The notes beneath the pieces were generated by a model that was not told the origin of the DNA, did no database searches, and worked only from the letters and a program-made list of their open reading frames with translations. The translations under genes were made by a program, and so were the position numbers. Source: Candidatus Thiovulum imperiosus (GTDB taxonomy: Bacteria; Campylobacterota; Campylobacteria; Campylobacterales; Thiovulaceae). From it: a DNA stretch of 64,000 nt. The DNA lies in assembly GCA_024281175.1 (NCBI GenBank), contig JAMJTW010000027.1, positions 1,284-65,283 on the forward strand, in the 5' to 3' direction. Positions 57,878-64,000 of this stretch are shown here, piece after piece (the first letter of the stretch is position 1; each line of letters begins with the position of its first letter).

Positions 57878-59221
57878 ATGTATGAAGATACAATTTCAGC
57901 AATAGCTACACCTCATGGTGTTGGTGCTATCTCTATCATTAGAGTAAGTGGAGATAAGGCTTTAGAAGTTGGTGCAAAAGTTTGTAACTTGAAACAGAAC
58001 AGTTTTAAACCGAGATATGCTCACTTAAAAACTCTATATGATAAACGAGGGAAAGAGATTGATAAAGCAATTGTCATCTACTTTCCAGCACCAAACTCTT
58101 TTACAGGTGAAGATATTTTTGAGTTTCAAATTCATGGTGGAGTTGTTCTTTCTCAAATGGTTTTGGAGACTACTCTATATTTTGGTTCTCGATTAGCAAG
58201 AGGTGGAGAATTTTCCAAAAGAGCATTTTTAAATGGAAAGGTGGATTTGAGTGAAGCTGAAGCTATTGGAAAGATAATTGAAGCTAAAAGTGAAGAAGCA
58301 GTACATCAACTATCAAAACAGCTTCATGGAGAACTTAGAACTCTTACAGATAGAATTCGTTCAGAACTACTAAATATTTTAGCTCACTCCGAAGTTACCA
58401 TAGATTATGCAGAAGAGGATTTACCATCAGATATTGAAGAGACAATAGAAGAAAAATTGGAAGATTTAGAAGCTGAACTTCAAAATCTTTTAAAAAGTAG
58501 TAAAACTCGAAATAGGATTTTTGAGGGATTTAAGATTTCAATAATTGGAAGACCAAATGTTGGAAAGAGTTCATTACTAAATTCACTACTAAATTATGAG
58601 AGAGCAATTGTTAGTAACATAGCTGGAACAACGAGAGATAGTGTTGAAGAGTATCTTACTGTTGGAACTCATCTTGTTAAAATTGTTGATACAGCTGGAA
58701 TTAGAGAGAGTGGCGATGAGGTTGAGAAAATTGGAATTGAGCGAAGTTTAAAAGCGATTTCTGAAAGTGACATAGTTTTAGCACTTTTTGACTCTTCTGA
58801 AAAGTTACAAGTAGAGGATTTCCAAATTCTGAAAACTTTAGAGAAAGAGGATAGAGAAATTTTGGTAGTTTTCTCAAAAAGTGATTTGAAAAGAGAAATT
58901 GAAGAGATTTCAGGTTTCGATTCTGTTTCTGTTTCAAAAAAAGAGACTTTTAAACTTCTTGAAAAATTAGAAGAGATTCTAAATTCTCAAAACATCTCAT
59001 CAGAAGGTGGTGTAATTCTCTCATCTTTAAAACAGATAGAAGAGGTTGAAAATGGAGTTTCAAATATTTTGGAAGCAAAAGAGTTTCTGAAAAGTGGTGA
59101 GTTAGAACTATTTTCACTTCATATTGAAAGTGCGATACAAAACATATCTTCTATTTCAAAACCTTATGAATATTCTGAGATGCTAGATGAGATGTTTGGA
59201 AGTTTCTGTTTAGGAAAATAG
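57878..59221 (+). CDS. mnmE: tRNA modification GTPase MnmE
   Basis: DTISAIAT, SFTGED, GRPNVGKSS, GTTRD, DTAG, FCLGK. Confidence 0.97.
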   Translation: MYEDTISAIATPHGVGAISIIRVSGDKALEVGAKVCNLKQNSFKPRYAHLKTLYDKRGKEIDKAIVIYFPAPNSFTGEDIFEFQIHGGVVLSQMVLETTLYFGSRLARGGEFSKRAFLNGKVDLSEAEAIGKIIEAKSEEAVHQLSKQLHGELRTLTDRIRSELLNILAHSEVTIDYAEEDLPSDIEETIEEKLEDLEAELQNLLKSSKTRNRIFEGFKISIIGRPNVGKSSLLNSLLNYERAIVSNIAGTTRDSVEEYLTVGTHLVKIVDTAGIRESGDEVEKIGIERSLKAISESDIVLALFDSSEKLQVEDFQILKTLEKEDREILVVFSKSDLKREIEEISGFDSVSVSKKETFKLLEKLEEILNSQNISSEGGVILSSLKQIEEVENGVSNILEAKEFLKSGELELFSLHIESAIQNISSISKPYEYSEMLDEMFGSFCLGK

Positions 59222-59259
59222 AGGAGTTTTCAGTTCCTCTATTTTGTCACGCCTTTTTT

Positions 59260-59434
59260 GGGAGTGACAAAATAGGCTTCTGCCTCTCTTGTCATTTCGA
59301 TATGAGCGTAGCGATTGAGAAATCTTGGAAATTTATCGTTTTGTTCGAAGTGATGATAAAGATTTCTCACCCAAAAGGGTTCGAAATGACATATAGGTTG
59401 TTAAGGTGTAAAAATACTCTATTTGGTCACTCCC
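59260..59434 (+). mobile_element. MITE family 1, full copy
   Basis: TIRs GGGAGTGACAAAATAG and CTATTTGGTCACTCCC; flanks CCTTTTTT and CTTTTTTT (7/8 TSD). Confidence 0.9.
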
Positions 59435-59819
59435 CCTTTTTTATAGATAGAGTATTTCCATCTTTTGAAAGAACTATGACCTCATCACCATCTGAGAAAT
59501 TATCTTCACTTCTATAAGACCAGAGAGTTCCTTCAAAAGAGACCTTATCACCTTGAATAGTTCCAAAGCTACTCTTCTCTTTCTCTTCAAGTTTCTCTTT
59601 TCTTTTTGCAAAATAGAAGAAACCAATTAGAGTCACTATGGAAACTATTGTAATTTGGTGAAACAGAGTTGGAAACTCAAAAAAGTAGGAGAGAACTCCC
59701 ACTCCTACTGTTGCTACTCCAAACCAGAGAGCAAACATAGTTCCTGAAACTATCTCAAGTCCAATCAAAATTAGACCAATTGAGATAAGCCAAAGAGGTG
59801 AAATTGCTGAAAAATCCAC
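59427..59819 (-). CDS. NfeD-like membrane protein
   Basis: Three TMs, LEI, GTLWS OB-fold tail; coupled to the SPFH gene. Confidence 0.85.
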   Translation of the reverse strand: MDFSAISPLWLISIGLILIGLEIVSGTMFALWFGVATVGVGVLSYFFEFPTLFHQITIVSIVTLIGFFYFAKRKEKLEEKEKSSFGTIQGDKVSFEGTLWSYRSEDNFSDGDEVIVLSKDGNTLSIKKGE

Positions 59820-60712
59820 TATTTGCTACCCAAATTTTCAGCAAGAATAGAGAGTGAACCGACAAGTTGAGTAGTTTCATAAGGAACAACAACTTTATCT
59901 TTTGAACTACTTTTTGCCAACTCTTCAAATGCTTTAACTCTATCTTTTGCAAGTAGGAACTCACCAGCTTGAGAGTTTTGAGACAGAGCCTCGTTCAATA
60001 GTTCCATCGCTTTTTTCTGACCTTCGGCTACTTTCTCTTGCTCATATTTTTTAGCATCAGCCATTCTCTCAATCGCTTCAGCATTTAAAACCTCTTTCTG
60101 TTTTGAGGCTTCAGCATCTCTAATTACAGCCTCTTTTTCAGCCATAGCTTTAAGTTCAATTGCTCTCTTCTCTCTTTCCGCTTTCATCTGCATATTCATA
60201 GCTTCCTCAATCTCTAAAGGAACTGCTATATCTTTGATTTCAACTCTCATTGTTTTCATTCCCCAAGAGTTTGAAGCATCATCTAAAACTTCAAGAATTG
60301 TTGCATTCAGTCGGCTTCTATTTGAGAGAGTCTCATCAAGTGCAAGTTGTCCAACTTCATTTCTTAATGTTGTCATCGCAAGATTTGAAACAGCCTCTTT
60401 AAAATCTACAACATTGTAAGTTGCATCTTTTGGTTCTTGAACTTTTGCAAAAACCAAACCATCAATTCGAATATTTACATTATCTTTTGTGATTACAGAT
60501 TGACTTTCAATATCAATTATCTGTTCTCGATAAGTCAATTTTGCTCGAATTCTATCAACTGTTGGGATAATAACATGCAGTCCACCATCAAGAGTTGTAT
60601 GGAACTTTCCTAGCCTCTCAACAACCCAAACATCTGATTGAGGAACAATTTTAATTCCCATAATTACAATTGCAACAACTACTCCAAGTAGTGCTAAGCT
60701 AAACATTTCCAT
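59819..60712 (-). CDS. SPFH/band 7 (QmcA-like) protein
   Basis: VVERLGK, ITKDNV, TTLR..G...LDETLS.R, QMKAEREKRA. Confidence 0.93.
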   Translation of the reverse strand: MEMFSLALLGVVVAIVIMGIKIVPQSDVWVVERLGKFHTTLDGGLHVIIPTVDRIRAKLTYREQIIDIESQSVITKDNVNIRIDGLVFAKVQEPKDATYNVVDFKEAVSNLAMTTLRNEVGQLALDETLSNRSRLNATILEVLDDASNSWGMKTMRVEIKDIAVPLEIEEAMNMQMKAEREKRAIELKAMAEKEAVIRDAEASKQKEVLNAEAIERMADAKKYEQEKVAEGQKKAMELLNEALSQNSQAGEFLLAKDRVKAFEELAKSSSKDKVVVPYETTQLVGSLSILAENLGSK

Positions 60713-60767
60713 TTAGAAACTCCTAAAACCTAAGGTGGAGAATTTCTCTACCACTCTTTTTGAAAAA

Positions 60768-62066
60768 TTATATCTTTTTAAAAAATTTATAGAAAAAATC
60801 TTTGATAATTCTTATATTTGCTCTACTAATTGCTAGAGAACCTTTTCTGATTTCGCTATTTGCTGGTACAGTTGTTCCAGCTCCTATCATAACATCATCT
60901 TCTACTGTTACAGGTGCTATCAGTTGTGAGTCACTACCAACAAAAACATTCTTTCCAATTCGAGTCTTATATTTATTTTTACCATCATAGTTTGCTGTAA
61001 TTACTCCAGCACCAATATTTGTTCCATCGCAAATCTCAGCATCACCAAGATATGCAAGATGTCCAGCTTTTACACCATGTAGAGAGGATTTTTTAACTTC
61101 AACAAAGTTACCTATTTTGCTTCCAGTGATGTAAGATTTTGGACGAATATGAGCCATAACACCAATAGTCGAGTCTCTAATGATAGAGTCTTCAATTACA
61201 CTTCCAGCTTTGATATGAGAATTCTCAATAGTTGTGTTTCCATAGATAGAGACATTCTGTTCAATTTCACACTCTCCGATAAATTCAACACTATCTTCGA
61301 TATAGACTGTTTCTGGAAGATGTATTGTAGTTCCATCAACCATCACTCTCTCTTTTACTCTTTTAAGGTATTTCTCTTCAGCTTGAGAAAGTTGCAGTTT
61401 AGAGTTTACACCCATAAAACTCTCTTCAGAAACATCTATGGAGCGGACAGCTTCTCCAGTTTCTACGGCAATTTGAACTATATCTGTAAGGTAATACTCT
61501 TTTTGTGCATTCTCATTTGAGAGTTTTGATATTGCAAAATTTAGAAATTCTGAATTTACTAAATATACTCCAGCATTTACAGATTTTGTTTTTCTCTCTA
61601 TTTCAGAACAATCTTTCTCTTCGACTATTTTTAGAACCTCATCACCATCTACAATCACTCTACCATAACCAGTTGGATTTTCAAGTAGAATAGAACTCAT
61701 TACAACTGAAGCATCGATTTCTAAAAATTTTAGAAGTTCTTCACCCTGAATTAGAGGCATATCTCCATTTAGGATTAGAACCTTTTCAGATTTTGATACA
61801 TACTCTTTTAAAGCTCCTCCAGTTCCAGGAAATTTTTCAGTATCTTGCTTTAAAAAAGAGATATTTTTAAACTCTTTTTCAACCTCTTTCTGAACCTTCT
61901 CAGCTTGATGTCCAATAACAACAGTTATATCATTGGAAATCTTTTTTGCTTCTCTTATGATATGAAAGAGAATTGGCTTTCCAGCCATTTTATGAAGAAC
62001 TTTTGCCTTTTTGGACTTCATTCGAGTCCCTTTTCCAGCTGAAAGAATTACAACAGAAACTGACAT
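60768..62066 (-). CDS. glmU: Bifunctional GlmU
   Basis: LSAGKGTRMKS, GYGR, EYYLTD, GNFVEVKK, HLAYLGD, NYDG. Confidence 0.97.
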   Translation of the reverse strand: MSVSVVILSAGKGTRMKSKKAKVLHKMAGKPILFHIIREAKKISNDITVVIGHQAEKVQKEVEKEFKNISFLKQDTEKFPGTGGALKEYVSKSEKVLILNGDMPLIQGEELLKFLEIDASVVMSSILLENPTGYGRVIVDGDEVLKIVEEKDCSEIERKTKSVNAGVYLVNSEFLNFAISKLSNENAQKEYYLTDIVQIAVETGEAVRSIDVSEESFMGVNSKLQLSQAEEKYLKRVKERVMVDGTTIHLPETVYIEDSVEFIGECEIEQNVSIYGNTTIENSHIKAGSVIEDSIIRDSTIGVMAHIRPKSYITGSKIGNFVEVKKSSLHGVKAGHLAYLGDAEICDGTNIGAGVITANYDGKNKYKTRIGKNVFVGSDSQLIAPVTVEDDVMIGAGTTVPANSEIRKGSLAISRANIRIIKDFFYKFFKKI

Positions 62067-62678
62067 CTACATCTCCCAAAGTTCTAACATAGCAGTTGAA
62101 AGTGATATAGTTGGTTTTAAAGCTGATAGAGTTGCAACTTGAATAGCTTCCTCTTTTGCTCTATCCAAATCATCATTTACTATAAAGTAGTCGAAATTTT
62201 TCATCTCTCTCATCTCTTCAATAGCATTTTGAAGTCTCTTTTGAACTTGCTCTTCTGTTTCAGTTCCTCTACCTCGTAATCTCTCTTCTAAAATCTCTCT
62301 TGAAGGAGTCGTCACAAATAGAGTTACTGCTATGTCTGAATAGAATTTCATAATTGACTCTCTACCCCTTGTATCCACATCAAATACAAGAAGTTTCCCA
62401 AATTCCAGAGCCTCTTCTACAAACTCTCTATCTGTACCATAAAAATTTCCATGTACGCTTTCATACTCTAAAAATCTTTTCTCTTCTATCATATTTTGAA
62501 ACTCATCTTTTGTTACAAAGTTGTAATCCATTCCATCTATCTCTCCATCTCTGATATCTCGTGATGTTGTTGAAATAGAGAGTGTTGAGTTATCCACTTC
62601 CGAAAGAATATAGTTTATTATTGAACTCTTTCCAGAACCACTTGGTCCTGAAATAATTAAAATCCGTCCTCTATTCAT
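62067..62678 (-). CDS. gmk: Guanylate kinase
   Basis: SGPSGSGKS, STTSR..R.GE.DG.DY.F, VHGNFYGT. Confidence 0.96.
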   Translation of the reverse strand: MNRGRILIISGPSGSGKSSIINYILSEVDNSTLSISTTSRDIRDGEIDGMDYNFVTKDEFQNMIEEKRFLEYESVHGNFYGTDREFVEEALEFGKLLVFDVDTRGRESIMKFYSDIAVTLFVTTPSREILEERLRGRGTETEEQVQKRLQNAIEEMREMKNFDYFIVNDDLDRAKEEAIQVATLSALKPTISLSTAMLELWEM

Positions 62679-62715
62679 CTAATTTACCTTTGTTTAAATT
62701 ATACCAATCTAGGCA

Positions 62716-64000
62716 TTACCAGTCTTTGATAATGTTGAATTGGGCTTCTAACTCTTTTCCAACACTTCTAATTTCAAGAGTCTGATTACTATCTTCAGAA
62801 GCGTCATACAAATCATCGAAAGTTATCTGGTAGATAGCTGTATCATTCAATTCTACAAGTAGAGTTTTTTCAGAACCCAAATCTGAATTTAGAGAGTAGA
62901 CATATTTGTAAGAGTAAAATTGAATTTGAGAGATATTGTTATCTCCATAACTTATATAAGCAGTTGCTATCTGGCTTGGTGGAGCTTGATTTATCGAAGC
63001 ACTTGAAACTGTATCATAAGCCAGAGTAACATTTGTATCTCCCGAAGTATTCAATTCCAAAATCACTCCATTGTCTGTTGAGAGTTCTGAAGAGTTATCA
63101 TATTCACAATCTGTATCGTAAACTCTAGGAGTTGAGTCTATTGTCGAGTTTGTGAGTGCTTCTAAAATTGAGGCATTGTAGTAGATTGGATACCAGTCTG
63201 GAATGCGGGTAATATCGGAAACTCTGGAGTTTTCAGGGTCTCCATCACCATCAACTGCGGTAACTAACCAGCCAGAATTGTTTGTATCAAAATCTGGAGC
63301 ATCAGCACAGATATTGTAAGTTAGAAAATAGGTGATATTTCCATCATCTCCCTCTATTTGTCCAAATGAGTCATCAGCATAATCAGAAATATCATGGCTA
63401 GTGTCATAAACATACGTATAAGTTCCTAAAGAGTTGAATTCTAGTTCATCAGAACTATTTCCAAAATACACCTCGCAATGTGCTGTAGAGCAGGTTTTAT
63501 GGTCATTCTCTTCTGTAATTGTATTCACAAAAGTTGAACCAAAAGAGCTACTTGGGACAGGGTATCTATTATCTACATATCCAGAGTAGATGTTGAAACT
63601 TGCTATATCTGATGAGGTAGAGCCTAAAAAGAGGTGTCCGCCATCATCAAAGAAACGATACTTTGGTTTTCCTGGAGAAGAGAGATTTAGTTCCACTGTA
63701 TCTGTTGCCATAGCTCCATTTTCATCGTAAGCTGTAATAGTGATATTGCTGTCTGCCATATAGAGATTTGGAAAATTCTCTTTTGAAATCTCAAGAGAGT
63801 AAGCAGAAGTTCCCTCAAACATTTTATACTCTTCACCCTGAATTGTGGCAATCACTTCTGTATTTTCACCCTCATCATTTGTAACTTCCGCATATAGCGT
63901 TCCGTAAGGGAAATTTTGAACCATTTCGTAAGTGGAGTTATTTCCATCATCATCACTATCATCGGAGTTGTAGTTTTGAGTGAAAGCAAGAGTTAGAGAC
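62716..64000 (-). CDS. C-terminal part of a large acidic Ser/Thr/Asp-rich surface protein (start outside window)
   Basis: Frame stays open from the window edge (SLTLAFTQNYNSDDSDDGNNSTYE precedes the called Met at 63924). Confidence 0.75.
   Translation of the reverse strand, partial: SLTLAFTQNYNSDDSDDDGNNSTYEMVQNFPYGTLYAEVTNDEGENTEVIATIQGEEYKMFEGTSAYSLEISKENFPNLYMADSNITITAYDENGAMATDTVELNLSSPGKPKYRFFDDGGHLFLGSTSSDIASFNIYSGYVDNRYPVPSSSFGSTFVNTITEENDHKTCSTAHCEVYFGNSSDELEFNSLGTYTYVYDTSHDISDYADDSFGQIEGDDGNITYFLTYNICADAPDFDTNNSGWLVTAVDGDGDPENSRVSDITRIPDWYPIYYNASILEALTNSTIDSTPRVYDTDCEYDNSSELSTDNGVILELNTSGDTNVTLAYDTVSSASINQAPPSQIATAYISYGDNNISQIQFYSYKYVYSLNSDLGSEKTLLVELNDTAIYQITFDDLYDASEDSNQTLEIRSVGKELEAQFNIIKDW

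Overview
AT-rich chromosomal segment of a free-living Campylobacterota (Epsilonproteobacteria). A type VI-like SQR and the gene set suggest a sulfur oxidiser, possibly Thiovulum-like (inference only). It holds about 55 mostly housekeeping CDSs in very scrambled order (mnmG, tkt, argF, purE, trpS, waaC, modA, gdhB, gmhA, trpD, metF, cheD, panC, tpiA, fliH, sqr, kdsC, glnD, cobB, lptD, rlmH, atpC, mnmE, glmU, gmk), a stand-alone tRNA-Ile/tRNA-Ala pair, SRP RNA and a 6S RNA candidate. No CRISPR, rRNA, phage or transposase gene was seen. The best candidate for an undescribed system is a three-gene cassette at 47675-48741. It has two TraK/StbA-like HTH paralogs flanking an unannotated 44-aa amphipathic peptide, and all three end in the same F-x-H-E-x-x-P-[DN]-x-[DE]-E-L-Y motif. 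Other notable items: a MITE family with 16-bp TIRs, 8-bp target duplications and an internal cassette inverted in one copy; IS231-like ends next to REP-like hairpins; an unannotated 52-aa ORF behind sqr; a CheD with Cys-to-Ser at the catalytic site; an orphan, anchorless BcsB-like protein; and two proteins densely packed with D/E-x-N-x-S/T N-glycosylation sequons. All calls are by eye from motifs and recalled family knowledge; no searches were run.
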